A stretch of 64,000 nucleotides of DNA from the human T2T-CHM13v2.0 reference genome, Homo sapiens: assembly GCF_009914755.1 (NCBI RefSeq), contig NC_060925.1; one strand, given 5' to 3'. Of this stretch, positions 1 through 14,234 are shown piece by piece; within the stretch, counting starts at the first letter, position 1, and each line of letters starts with the position of its first letter. Under the pieces are notes generated by a model. The model saw nothing but the letters and a program-made list of their open reading frames with translations. It was not told the DNA's origin and made no database searches. The position numbers and the translations under genes were made by a program.

Positions 1-391
1 GTGGTTCTCCCAGCATGCAGCTGGAGATCTGAGAATGGACAGACTGCCTCCTCAAGTGGTTCTGTGACCCCTAAGTAGCCTAACTGGGAGGCACCCACCA
101 GCAGGGGCAGACTGACACCTCACATGGCCAGGTACTCCTCTGAGACAAAACTTCCACAGGAACGATCAGGCAGCAACATTTGCTGTTCACCAATATCCAC
201 TGTTCTGCAGCCTCTGCTGCTGATACCCAGGCAAACAGGTTCTGGAGTGGACCTCCAGCAAACTCCAACAGACCTGCAGCTGAGGGTCCTGACTGTTAGA
301 AGGAAAACTAACAAACAGAAAGGACATCCACACCAAAACCCAGTCTGTACATCAGCATCATCAAAGACTAAAGGTAGATAAGACCACAAAG

Positions 392-1403
392 ATGGGGAAA
401 AAACAGAGCAGAAAAACGGGAAACTCTAAAAATCAGAGTTCCTCTCCTCCTCGAAAGGAACACAGCTCCTCACCAGCAATGGAACAAAGCTAGAGGGAGA
501 AGGACTTTGATGAGTTGAGAGATGAAGGCTTCAGATGATCAAACTACTCTGAGCTAAAAGAGGAAGTTCGAACCCATGGCAAAGAAGTCAAAAACATTGA
601 AAAAAAATTAGATGAATGGCTAACTAAAATAACCAATGCAGAGAAGTCCTTGAAGGACCTGATGGAGCTGAAAACCATGGCACGAGAACTACGTGACAAA
701 TGTACAAGCCTCAGTAGCTGACTCAATCAACTGGAAGAAAGGGTATCAGTGAGGGAAGATCAAATGAATGAAATGAAGCGAGAAGAGAAGTTCAGAGATA
801 AAAGAATAAGAGGAAATGAACAAAGCCTCCAAGAAATATGGGACTATGTGAAAAGACCAAATCTATGTCTGACTGGTATACCTGAAAGTGATGGGGAGAA
901 TGGAACCTAGCTGGAAAACACTCTTCAGGATATTATCCAGCAGAACTTCCCCAATCTAGCAAGGCAGGCAAACATTCAAATTCAGGAAATACACAGAATG
1001 CCACAAAGATACTCCTTGAGAAGAGCGACTCCAAGACACATAATTGTCAGATTCGCCAAAGTTGAAATGAAGGAAAAAATGTTAAGGGCAACCAGAGAGA
1101 AAGGTCGGGTTACCCACAAAGGGAAGCCCATCAGACTGACAGCGGAGCTCTCGGCAGAAACTCTACAAGCTAGAAGAGAGTGGGGGCCTATATTCAACAT
1201 TCTTAAGAAAGAATTTTCGACCCAGAATTTCATATGCAACCAAACTAAGCTTCATAAGTGAAGGAGAGATAAATTCCTTTACAGACAAGCAAATGCTGAG
1301 AGATTTTGTCACCACCAGGCCTGCCCTATAAGAGCTCCTGAAGGAAGCACTAAACACGGAAAGGAACAACTGGTACCAGCCACTTCAAACACGTGCCAAA
1401 TTG
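392..1403 (+). pseudogene. L1 ORF1, disrupted
   Basis: ATG GGG AAA AAA CAG at 392; premature TAG at 491; track ORF 998-1261 (RRATPRHIIVRF...KGKPIRLTA) is ORF1p. Confidence 0.93.
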
Positions 1404-1469
1404 GAAGGACCATCGATACTAGGAAGAAACTGCATCAACTAAAGAGCAAAATAACCAGCTAACATCATA

Positions 1470-4400
1470 ATGACAGGATCAAATTCATACATAACAATAT
1501 TAACCTTAAATGTAAATGGGCTAAATGCTCCAATTAAAAAACACAGACTCGCAAATTTCATAGAGTCAAGACCCATCAGTGTGCTGCATTCAGGAAACCC
1601 ATCTCACATGCAGAGACACACATAGGCTCAAAATAAAGGGATGGAGGAAGATCTTCCAAGCAAATGGAAAACACAAAAAGGCAGGAGTTGCCATCCTAGT
1701 CTCGGATAAAACAGACTTTAAACCAACAAAGATCAAAAGAGACAAAGAAGGCCATTACATCATGGTAAAGGGATCCATTCAACAAGAAGAGCTAACTATC
1801 CTAAATATAGATGCACCCAATACAGGAGCACCCAGATTCATAAAGCAAGTCCTTAGAGACCTACAAAGAGACTTAGACTCCCACACAATAATAATGGGAG
1901 ACTTCAACACCCCACTGTCAACATTAGACACATCAATGAGACAGAAAGTTAACAAGGATATACAGGAATTGAACTCAGCTCTGCGCCAAGCGGACCTAAT
2001 AGACATCTACAGAACTCACCATCCAAAATCAACAGAATATACATTCTTCTCAGCACCACACTGCACTTATTCCAAAAATTGACCACATAGTTGGAAGTAA
2101 AGCACACCTCAGCAAATGTAAGAGAACAGAAATTATAACAAACTGTCTCTCAGACCACAGTGCAATCAAACTAGAACTCAGGATTAAGAAACTCACTCAG
2201 TGTGTGATGTTCCCTTTCCTGTGTCCATGTGTTCTCATTGTTCAATTCCCACCTATGAGTGAGAACATGCAGTGTTTGGTTTTTTGTGCTTGTGATAGTT
2301 TGCTGAGAATGATGGTTTCCAGCTTCATCCATGTCCCTACAAAGGACATGAACTCATCATTTTTTATGGCTGCATAGGATACCATTAGGAGGTATACCTA
2401 AGGCTAAATGATGAGTTAATGTGTGCAGCACACCAACATGGCACACGTATACATATGTAACAAACCTGCACGTTGTTCACATGTACCCTAAAACTTAAAG
2501 CATAATAATAATAATAAAAGAAACTCACTCAAAACCGCTCAACTACATGGAAATTGAACAACCTGCTCCTGAATGACTACTGGGTACATAACGAAATGAA
2601 GACAGAAATAAAGACATTCTTTGAAACCAATGAGAAAAAAGACACAACATACCAGAATCTCTGGGACACATTTAAAGCAGTGTGTAGAGGGAAATTTATA
2701 GCACTAAATGCCCACAAGAGAAAGCAGGAAAGATCTAAAATTGACAACCTAACATCACAATTAAAAGAACTAGAGAAGCAAGAGCAAACACATTCAAAAG
2801 CCAACAGAAAGCAAGAAATAGCTAAGATCAGAGCAGACCCGAAGGAAATAGAGACACAAAAACCCCTTCAAAAAATCAATGAATCCAGGAGCTGGTTTTT
2901 TGAAAAGATCAACAAAATAGATAGACTGCTAGCAAGACTAATAAAGAAGAAAATATAGAAGAATCAAATAGATGCAATAAAAAATGATAAAGGGCATATC
3001 ACCACGGATCCCACAGAAAGACAAACTACCATCAGAGAATACTATAAACAACTCTATGCAAATAAACTAGAAAATCTAGAAGAAATGGATAAATTCCTCA
3101 ACACATACACCCTCCCCAGAATAAACCAGGAAGAAGGTGAGTCTCTGAATAGACCAATAACAGGCTCTGAAATTGAGGAAATAATTAATAGCTTACCAAC
3201 CAAAAAAAGTCCAGGACCAGATGGATTCACAGTCGAATTCTATCAGAGGTACAAGGAGGAGCTGGTACCATTCCTTCTGAAACTATTCCACTTAATAGAA
3301 AAAGAGGGAATCCTCCCTAACTCATTTTATGAGGCCAGCATCATCCTGACACCAAAGCCTCGCAGAGACACAACAAAAAAAGAGAATTTGAGACCAATAT
3401 CCCTGATTAACATCGATGCAAAAATCCTCAATAAAATACTGGCAAACCGAATCCAGCAGCACATCAAAAAGCTTATCCACCAATATCAAGTCGGCTTCAT
3501 CCCTGATCCGCAAGGCTGGTTCCACTTACGCAAATCAATAAACGTAATCCATCACATAAACAGAACCAATGACAAAAACCACATGATTATTTCAATATGT
3601 GCAGAAAAGGCCTTCGATAAAATTCAACACCCTTTCAGGCTAAAAACTCTAGATAAACTAGGTATTGATGGAACGTATGTAAAAATAATAAGAGCCATTT
3701 ATGACAAAACCACAGCCAATATCATACTGAATGGGCAAAAGCTAGAAGCATTCCCTTTGAAAACCAGCACAATGCATGGATGCCCTCTCTCACCACTCCT
3801 ATTCAACATAGTATTGGAAGTTCTGGCCAGGGCAATCAGGCAAGAGAAAGAAATAAAGAGTATTCAAATAGGAAGAGAGGAAGTCAAATTGTCTCTGTTT
3901 GCAGATGACATGATTGTATATTTAGAAAACCCCATCGTCTCAGCCCAAAATCTCCTAAAGCTGATAAGCAACTTCAACAAAGTCTCAGGATACAAAATCA
4001 ATGTGCAAAAATCAAAATCATTCCTATACATCAACAATAGACAAACGGAGAGCCAATCATGAGTGAACTCCCATTCACAATTGCTAAAAGAAAATAAAAT
4101 ACATAGGAATACAACTTACAAGGGATGTGAAGGACCTCTTCAAGGAGAACTACAAACCACTGCTTAAGGAAATAAGAGAGGACACTAACACATGGAAAAA
4201 CATTCCACGCTCATGGGTCTGAAGAATCAATATCATGAAAATGGCCATACTGCCCAAAGTGATTTATAGATCCAATGCTATCCCCATCAAGCTGTAATGG
4301 AGTTTCTTCACAGAATTAGAAAAAACTACTTAAAACTTCATATGGAAGCAAAAAAGAACCTGTATACACAACACAATCCTAAGCAAAAAGAACAAAGCTG

Positions 4401-5594
4401 GAGGCATCACGCTACCTGACTTCAAACTATACGACAAGGCTACAGTAACCAGAACAACATGGTACAGTTATCAAAACAGATATGTAGACCAATGGAACAG
4501 AACAGAGGACTCAGAAATAATGCCACACATCTACAACCATCTGATCCTTGACAAACCTGACAAAAACAGCCAATGGGGAAAGGATTCCCTATTTAATAAA
4601 CGGTGTTGGGAAAACTGGCTAGCCATATGCAGAAAACTGCAAATGAACCCCTTCCTTTCACCTTATGCAAAAATTAACTCAAGATGGATTAAAGACTTAA
4701 ATGTAAGACCTAAAGCCATAAAAACCCTAGAAGAAAACCTAGGTGATACCATTCAGGACATAGGCATGGGCAAAGACTTCATGGCTAAAACACTAAAACC
4801 AATGGCAACAAAAGCCAAAATTGACAAATGGGATCTAATTAAAATAAAGAGCTTTTGCACAGCAAAAGAAACTATCATCAGAGTCAACAGGCAACCTATA
4901 GAATGGGAAAATTTTTTGCAATCTATCCATCAGACAAATGGCTAATATCCAGAATCTACAAGGAACTTAAGCAAATTTACAAGAAAAAAACAAACAACCC
5001 TGTCAAAAAGTGGGTGAAGGATACTAACAGACAACTCTCCAAAAAAACCATTTATCCAGCCAACAAACATATGAAAAAATGTTCATCACCACTGGTCATT
5101 TGATTTGCATTTCTCTAATGCAAATCAAAACCACAGTGAGATACCATCTCATGCCAGTTAGAATGGTGATCATTAAAAAGTCAGGAAACAACAGATGCTG
5201 GAAAGGATGTGGAGAAATAGGAATGCTTTGACACTGTTGGTGGGAGTGTAAATTAGTTCAACCATTGTGGAAGACAGTGTGGCAATTCCTCAAGGATCTA
5301 GAACCAGAAATACCATTTGATCCAGCAATCTCATTACTGGGTATATATCCAAAGGATTATAAATCCTTCTACTATAAAGACACATGCACAAGTATGTTTA
5401 TTGCAGCACTATTCACAACAGCAAAGACTTGGAACCAACCCAAATGCCCATCAATGATAGACTGGATAAAGCAAATGTGGCACATATACATCATGGAATA
5501 CTATGCAGTCATAAAAAATAAGTTCATTTCCTTTGCAGGGACATGGATGAAGCTAGAAACCATCATTCTCAGCAAACTAACACAGGAACAGTAA
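1470..5594 (+). pseudogene. L1 ORF2 (endonuclease/reverse transcriptase), disrupted
   Basis: ATGACAGGATCA at 1470; fragments 1579-2082, 2554-2958, 3085-4062 (SLFADDM), 4520-4945, 5265-5594; interrupted by nested insertion 2200-2517. Confidence 0.95.
2200..2517 (+). mobile_element. 5'-truncated, 5'-inverted (twin-primed) L1 3' end inserted in the host L1
   Basis: 2200-~2377 is antisense L1 3' sequence, ~2377-2517 is sense 3'UTR plus (TAA)n tail; 14-bp TSD AAGAAACTCACTCA at 2186-2199 and 2518-2531. Confidence 0.92.
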
Positions 5595-5821
5595 ACCAAA
5601 ACACCACATAAGTGGGAGTTGAACAATGAGAACTCATGGTCACAGGTAGGGGAACACTACACATCAGGGCCTCTCGGGGTGTGGAGGGCTAGGAGAGGGG
5701 TAGCATTAGGAGAAATACCTAATGTAGATGACGGGTTGATGGGTGCAGCAAACCACCATGGCATGTGTATACGTATGTAACAAAACTGCACGTTCTGCAC
5801 ATGTATCCCAGAACTTAAAGT

Positions 5822-5824
5822 GGA

Positions 5825-5892
<68 letters not shown>

Positions 5893-5902
5893 AGAAAGAA
5901 AG

Positions 5903-5969
<67 letters not shown>

Positions 5970-6050
5970 AAAGACAAGACAAGACAGTGGAGGGGAGGGG
6001 AGGGGAGAGGAGGTGAAGGGAAGGGAAGGGAAGGGAAGGGAGAAGAAAAG
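5822..6050 (+). repeat. (GAAA)n microsatellite derived from the L1 tail, followed by GACAA/GGGAA purine repeats
   Basis: Seen directly. Confidence 0.97.
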
Positions 6051-6089
6051 AAATACCCATAAAATAGGAAAGCTGGCTGGTCACAGGAG

Positions 6090-6970
<881 letters not shown>

Positions 6971-7109
6971 GCACTATGGCAATAGTCAGTCTAAAAATCA
7001 CACAGGATATCACAATTCACTCTCTGGTTTTCTTGGGGGAAAAATCCAGTAACTTTGGCCCCATATTCCCAAGGGGCATCACTCAGCACAAACTGAGAAG
7101 CAGCAGTCC

Positions 7110-8465
7110 TACCGCTGGGTTGTAAGTATGCGGCTTTATTCCGGGGCTCTCTATTCCATTCCATTGGTCTATGTCTCGACCTTCATACTGGCACCACGCA
7201 GTTTTGCTTACTATTGCCTTACTGTATAAATTGAAGTCAGGTAATGTGATGCCTCCATATTTGTTCATTTTGCTTCGGATTGCTTTGGCTCTTCAGCCTC
7301 TTTTTCATCTCCATATGAATCTTAGGATTCTTTTTTTAATCTTGTGAAAATGGTGTTTGTATTTTGGTGTATGAAATTTTTAGACTGACGTTTTTAGATT
7401 GATGTTTGATGTTTGCAGTTTTTAGATTGCTTTGGGCAGTGTGGTCATTTTCACAATATTGTGTCTGTCAATCCATGAGCATGGGATATTTTTCTACTTT
7501 TTTGTTGTCTATGATTTTTTTCAGCAGTGTCTTGTAGTTCATCTGATAGAGATCCTTTACCTAATGGTTAAGTGTATTCCTAGGTTGTTTTTGTTATTGT
7601 CACTGTTTTTGTTGTTGTTTTGCAACTATTGTGAAGGGATGGAGTTCTTGAATTGATTCTCAGCTTGCTTGTTGTTGATATCAAACAGTGGTACTGATTT
7701 GTACATATTAATTTTGTACCTTAGATTTAAGTGAATTCACTTATCGCATCTACAAGTCTTGGTGGAATCTTTCCGGTTTTCTAAGCACATATGATCACAT
7801 CATTGGCAAACACAGGTAGTTTCACTTCCTTCTTTCCAATTTAATTATACTTTATTCCTTTTGCTTACCAGATTGCTCTGACAAACATTTTCAGTCCTAT
7901 GTTGATTACAAGTGGATAAAGTGAGCATTTTTGTCTGCTTGTAGTTCCTAGCAGGAATACTTTCAACGTTTCTTCATTCAATATGATGTTGCATGTGGAT
8001 TTGTCATTTTTGGCTTCTATTATTTTGATGTATGTTCTTTCTAGGCATAGTTTGTGTAAGCGTAGTCTAATATTTTACAAGCTCAGATTTGTATTCTGTT
8101 TTACCTGAGTGCATTGTGAGATTTGGCATCTATTTTACCTGATATAAGTACAGCTACTCTTGCTGTTTTTGGTTTCCAGTTGTATGGAATATCTTATTCT
8201 ACCCCTTCACTTTCCATCTACATGTATGCTTATAGGTGAATTGAGTTTCTGGAAAACAGCATATAGTAGGGTTTTATTTTTTTACTCATTCAAAGACCCT
8301 ATGCCTTTCACTTGCAGAATTGAGATAAATTATATTCATTGTTTTTATTGATAAAGGCTTAGTGCTCCCATTTCATTTCTTGTTTTTTGGTTGTTTAGAG
8401 ACTTCTCTCTTCCATCCTTTTCTTATTGTCTTTCTTTGTGTTTAAGTAATTTTCTCTTCTGGAAT
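7110..8465 (-). mobile_element. Older L1 (L1PB/L1MA-like) ORF2 fragments, internally deleted
   Basis: Track ORF 7083-7268 (GGITLPDF...DQWNGIESP) is L1 ORF2; T-rich antisense L1 sequence. Confidence 0.85.
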
Positions 8466-8469
8466 ACTT

Positions 8470-10730
8470 AGAATGTGACTCTTCTGGCCAGAAACCTCTG
8501 TGGCTGGGGGCACCTTTGCCAGAGTTTTGATGGGGTTCACTGGGTTCGTTCTGCCCATGCAGCCTGGTAGACTATGCTTGGCTTATGTTTCAGGCCTGGA
8601 GCACATGCCTATTAAGGGCGGGTCAGGGCTGGAGTGGTGAGGGGTGTGTGAGTGAGCAGGGGGTCTGGCCACTTTGGACGGTCACCGGCTGCTGCTGCTG
8701 CAGCAGTGGGATGGGCAGCTCCAGGTGTCAGCATGTGTGTCGGATTTCTGCAAGGCTGCAAATGAATCAGGCACAGCACAAACAGCTTCCATGGTTGTCA
8801 CTGGAATACACAGTGACACCAACACTGAAAGCTTGGAAATGCCAGGAACTGCAGAACCTCCAAAAGGGAGTCACAGCCCTGGCTCAGGAAGCTCCCACAT
8901 CTGGGCTCCTGGAAGAGTAGTTGCTCTTCTCTTTTTCTCTTCACCTACAATTTGGTGAGCAAGGGGCATGTTTCAGCTTTATTTGTGTTATTGCTCTTTT
9001 ACCCCACCATTAGGCTGGTCTCAAGTTTTTGTCCTGTGACCAGGAAGAGTGAGATATGCAGACAAGTGGAGGGTGAGTGAGATAAAGAGGAGCTTTACTG
9101 AGCAATAGAACAGCTCAGAGACCCACAGTGGGTAACTTCTTTCTGCAGCCAGGGCGTCCTGATGAGTGTTTAGCTCTGAGCAGAGAGGAGGCCCTGGGGT
9201 GGGTGACCCCTCCCTCCTGGCAGGTTATTCCATCATCACCACTGCTCTCAGTAGAGAGAAGGCCCTGGAGTGGGTTGCTGCTCTCTGCAGGAAAGTCATC
9301 TCATCATCTCTACAGCTCTCAGCAGAGAAAAGGACCCGGAGGGGGTTGCTTGTCTCTACAGGAAAATCATCCCCACAGTGGGTAGTTCCTCTCTGCCACT
9401 GGTCTTCCTAATGTTCTCCCTGAGTCTGGGGTTTTTTTGACATCAGACAGGAGAAAGTATGCACTCATTGGGTCATAGGTGGCCATGAGCAGGCACAGAA
9501 AAGGCAACACATGTTCCCACTCTGGTCCATAGGACTGGTGGCCCAGCCCACGGGCTTCAGGCCCTCCTTGATCAGAAGGTGGAGCTTCACCAGTGACCCT
9601 CACCTTCCTGTCCAGGATTCTGTCTGCCTCCCACCACCAACCATGGAGCCCAGGTCACTTGTACCAAGGAGCATCCAAAGACCAGTGCTGATCAGTCCGC
9701 AACACCCCTCAGCCTCCCTCCTACACTCATCAAGGCCCAAAGTCCAGAGGGTTCAAGACAGCAGTGGGATGGTGCACCAGCACTGACCCGAGTGTGCACA
9801 GACCCACCTGGGCTGCGACAGCATCTGGGCTTGACCACAACCACACTCCAAAATTAGAGCAGGTGCCATGAGAGATGAGGCAGTGAGAGCGGACACCCCC
9901 AAGCTGCAGGAGAAGGGGGGATCTCCTGGACCCTCGAGAGTACTGGGGGACCTCATTTGGTAACTGTGACCTGGACAACTTCAGTTGCGTCTTTGGAGCT
10001 ACTGCCCTGCCAACTCAGGAGGACCAGGACTCCCTCTTGTCCCAGGCTCCCATCAGCTCTGAAGTGTACGCAGCCTTGGCTGTGCCCTTTCTCTGTGTTT
10101 CCCTGCAGAAGTGACAGTTGAGAAGCAGGTACACAGCAGCTCTGACCAACCCCGCACAAACAAACCCAATGCTCCTGGGTGTGGTTTAACCAGCCCCAAC
10201 TGCACTATCATCCAGGAGCTTGCAGGCTAACAGCAGGCAGTGAGCAGTGAAGTAGAGGCTGTGGTGGAGACTCCAGACCTGGGACAAGGTTCCATTTTGC
10301 GATGAGAGGGTGTGGGTGGCACAGTTGGGTGCCTCAGGGAAATGGAGCACAGGCCTGGCTCATGACCCAGTCAAGGGGAGTGCCTCCAGGAGTGGTTCAT
10401 GGTTCCCAGGCCCAGCAATCGGGCTGGTCACCCCTATGGGGGGCGGATCTCGGAAACACAGCCTGGGGTGGATCCGCATAGACCCTCCCTTCAAGACCTG
10501 GGAGCTTGACACTGTTAGCAGGATGGGCACAGTGGCCAGATAGCTGGCCAGGTCCTTGAAGCAGGTGCCATTTCTGCTTCTCACCCTGGCCCCCTGATGG
10601 ATGGCCCCAGCTATGCCTTCTGGGCCTGGCATCCGCACATCTTGTGCGAACGTGGCACCACCCCATTCCTATCTTCTCCTTGGGGCCCCTCTCTGCCCGT
10701 CCCTTCGCGCCTGACCGAGCTGCTCCCCTT
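8470..10730 (-). mobile_element. MER52-type ERV1 LTR, truncated at its right end
   Basis: GAAACCTCTGTGGC...CACCTTTGCCAGAGTTTTG terminus, internal AGAG(A/G)AGGCCCTGG repeats and a GC-rich body typical of MER52 (recalled). Confidence 0.7.
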
Positions 10731-10789
10731 GGGCAAAAAAGTAAGAAAAAAACTGATGACTGAAGAGAAGTAAAGAATGGGTGGAGATC

Positions 10790-11080
10790 ATCTGTATGCC
10801 TGTTTTCCCAGCGCTTTGGGAGGCCAAGGTCAGTGGATCACTTGAAGCCAGGATCTTGAGACCAGGCTGATCAACATGGAAAAACCCCATCTCTATTAAA
10901 AATACAAAAATCAGCCAGTCTTGGTGGAACGTGCCTGCAGTCCCAGCTATTTGAGTGGTTGAGGCACAAGAATCACTTGAGCCCTGAAGGAAAGGATTAC
11001 AATGAGCCCAGATTGCACCACTGCACTCCAGCCTAAATGACAAACTGAGATTTTGTCTCCAAAACAAAACAAAGAACAAG
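10790..11080 (+). mobile_element. Alu (old)
   Basis: Dimeric Alu sequence. Confidence 0.9.
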
Positions 11081-11257
11081 AACGGGTGGGAAATACTTAA
11101 AATGATCAAATTCTATTTGGTTGCTTTGATGTTCTACAGCTGAAACTCAATCACAGACAAAGTAGTATTTCATTATTTTTCCATCAGTAACTCAATAACT
11201 AGATATTTCTGGTGGATAAATTGCTACAACAGGTTAAAAGTTTTCATTCAGGTGCTC

Positions 11258-11263
11258 TTTATT
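11258..11263 (-). terminator. PolyA signal AATAAA of the PRAMEF14-like gene
   Basis: TTTATT on +; same position as the AATAAA at 62609 downstream of the PRAMEF17-like gene. Confidence 0.65.
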
Positions 11264-11734
11264 TCTGATATTCCTTGGTAACCATCCTTGCAGGGATAAC
11301 ATTCTCATCACTGTAGAACTTTAGCTTCTCTTTCCGACTCTGTAGGACACGGGTCCCTGAAGTTCTCATTGATGTCATCTCAACATTTTCCTCCAGCCTT
11401 GCCCCCTGCTGTTATGTTTTTTTCCCTCACACTGAGCACTTCCCTGTGCTTCCTTTAAGTTGCATGTGGCCTGGACACAGTCACTCATGCCAGTAATCCC
11501 AGCACTTTAGGAAGCTGAGGCAGGAGGATCCCATAAGCCCAGCTGAGGCAGGAGGATCCCAGAGCAACACAGAGAAACCCTGTCTCAAATTGTCTTTAAT
11601 AAAAATTTTGGAATTATTAAAAAATGAAATAAATAAGAAAAGAGAAAAATAGTTTGCACCTACATAGTAGATTTTAGTGTCCCAGTGCCTGGAAGAGAAC
11701 TTTGGATTTCTCTACCCCGCTAGGCACGCCTTCC

Positions 11735-12293
11735 CTAGCAGCAAAGATGGAGCTCCAGTTCCTCAGACGGTGATGAGCCACAGGAAGGGCAGGGGGTGGG
11801 ACCAATGAAGATCCTCTTGGGCTGCCTGACTTCCCTCAGTGTACACATCAGCTCAGCCCGAAGTAGGGCGAAGATCTCCCAATCGACACGAACCAAGGAA
11901 TTCAAACTCTCCTCAGGGGCAGGATACGTCTCCAGGCTTAACTTGCTCAGCCCACTGGTGTGGCACAACAGGTCCTTCAGGGCACCCATAGACATACAAT
12001 TTCTGCCAAAGTAGAAGGTGGTGAGCTGGGAGCAGTGGCTCAGGCCAGGCAGGATGGCACTGAGTTGGGAGTAGTGGATCTGACAGCCCTCCAAGATGAG
12101 GGTTTCGAGAGAGGCAGCAATTTTCTCTAGCAGAGCTCCGAGGGGTTCAAGACTGATGCGGAACAGCAGCACGTAGCTGAGATTCAGATGCTTTAGGTAA
12201 CCGAGGCTTGGGTACTGGGAGAGACACTTCATGTCTTCTTCCAATAGGTAGCCATAAGTTAATTCCAAGTTCTCCAAGGGGTTCTGGAGGCAC
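11735..12293 (-). CDS. PRAMEF14: PRAMEF14-like (or duplicate PRAMEF13), last coding exon (559 nt)
   Basis: Acceptor ccacag|GTGCCTC; [13 protein letters not shown]...[18 protein letters not shown]; exons of 287+579+559 nt give 474 aa. Confidence 0.9.
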
Positions 12294-13244
12294 CTGTGGA
12301 GATCAAGAAGTTAGTTCTGGGCAATGGTACCAGTTAGATGAAGGTAGTGCCTTCATCTAGGAAAATGCCTGCGTCAAACAAACACAAGTTTGTTCCCACC
12401 ATCTGATGATGGTCCTCATGGAAGTTGCTGCATGATGAGGACCCTGATCGTTCAGGGGCTGTCCCATTTTAGCCTCAGCCCTTTCAACATTGCTTGTGTG
12501 ATTGGTTCAAGGCCATAAAATCTCTAAAGCCTTTTTTTTTTTTTTTTTCATCTTTTAGCAGAAAACTTTATCTCTGGGCTACAGGTACCCGGTGGGAGAT
12601 GTGAACAAAGAACTCAACTCAGCAAGGTCTAGGGACATCAGCTAGGGCTACATGTCGGCAGGGGCTCCCTGACATGCCTGCATCTGCAAACCAACTGTCA
12701 CTTTTTACCACTCTCACGCCTACTCCCTCACCTCCATCCCAGAAGCACACATTTCCCATGTCAGTTACCTTTCCTGGAGTTCAAAACAACCTTTTACAAA
12801 CAGGGAATCAGAGACAGGATCATTCGTGATCACTAAGCCGGTGAGGACAGACGTTCTATTGTGAAATGGACAGGTTTGATGCGCTTTCCCTCCTTTCATA
12901 CCCTCCTCTATTATCTCTTTGACATCATATCAACTTGAAACACACTTTGTAACAGGAAATTCACACGTGCACCCCCAATAGAGCTGAAACCCCCACTAAC
13001 TAGCTTGTACATGATGTCTCTCTCTAGCTTCTACCCCAGGTGACCCCTCTGCCCTTATTGGAGCGTTCCTGTGATAGCCACTCCAGGACATGGAACACTG
13101 AATGGGACAATGTGTTGACATTCTGGTGTCCCCTTCACTGTGACGTTGCCACTGGCTGGCACACAGTACACGCCTTCTAATGTTTGCTGTAACAGAACAA
13201 GGCTATGCTGTGGTCTGCATATAAAGTGCATGATCCTTCCTCAC

Positions 13245-13823
13245 CTGATCAGCTGTTCCAGGTGCCCACTGAAGAAGGTGATCAATTTTATTTTAAGCAA
13301 CTGGAGGTGTTCCAGCCTGAGGAACACAGAGCTGAATTTGGTGACTAACCGTCCTTCGAGTTCATTATCTGACATGGAATGATGGCACCTGGAGAAAACG
13401 AGTTTGCGAAGATTCTTCATCTCCTTCAGGTAACAACGAAGCTTTCTTATCAGACGTGGCCAGGACATGTTGCGAATTTCCAGCTGTTGAATACTATTCA
13501 GGTATATTATTTTCAATGACTTTCTGAGATGTTTAATCGGCGTTAGATAATTGACCAGCTTACTACAGCACAGGTGTACTAAACCTCTCCTTTGGTAAAC
13601 CCACTGAAAGAGGTATCTCAGGCATTCATCCTGGGGTATTTCCTTGAGGCAGATGTCTATGAACACCTTTAAGGGCTGGTGCTCTCCCATCCTTGGACAG
13701 TCCTCTGCTGTCTGCCTCTTACTCATGGTCTCTGGGAAGCAGGACAGGGCCCAGGCTCCAGGCCATCTGGCCCAGAAATTCTCATCAACATCCCGCAAAT
13801 CCAGCACTTGAAGTTTCCACCTC
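13245..13823 (-). CDS. PRAMEF14: PRAMEF14-like, middle coding exon (579 nt)
   Basis: cccacag|GAGGTGG ... ATCAG|gtgagg; [17 protein letters not shown]...HLEQLIR. Confidence 0.9.
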
Positions 13824-14234
13824 CTGTGGGTAAAGTAAGGGAGAGACTCAGAATTTAGAAGGACTCATCCCTGACCTTTGCTTTCATTCTCATCCCATAA
13901 ATCAGCTGCTCCTGTCCTCAGTGCTCCCTGTTCTCTTTGTCTTTTCTCAATCCCTGTTCCCTTTTGATTCCCTTTTGATTCTGACTTTTGATTCCCCACT
14001 TCTATTCCCTTTACCTTCCACTGAGTAAAGGCAGGTTTCTGTTCCCACAGTGGACCCTGTATGGTGAGCACTCCTTTCTCTGAGGATCTGGACAATGGCC
14101 AAAGTCTCCCTGATCTTCCTCGCCAACACCATCAGAAGACTCTGGGCCACACTTGGGCTACTTCTCTGCCTGACCCTGCTGTTCTTTCCCTGGACACCTG
14201 AGCCCTATCTACCAGCCCTCCTGGGTCACCTCAC

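Larger units (their letters stand above)
1..5821 (+). mobile_element. LINE-1 (L1PA), near full length, 5' end cut by window edge, inactive
   Basis: L1 5'UTR, ORF1 and ORF2 fragments (EN ...CCIQETH/GDFN, RT FADD, C-terminal domain) and 3'UTR ending AACTTAAAGT; many stops and frameshifts. Confidence 0.97.

Noticed and set aside
3085-4062. 325-aa reverse transcriptase ORF as a novel RT system
   Set aside because: Fragment of a disrupted L1 ORF2
8585-10666. Cluster of overlapping ORFs
   Set aside because: They lie inside a GC-rich MER52-type LTR with no coding signature
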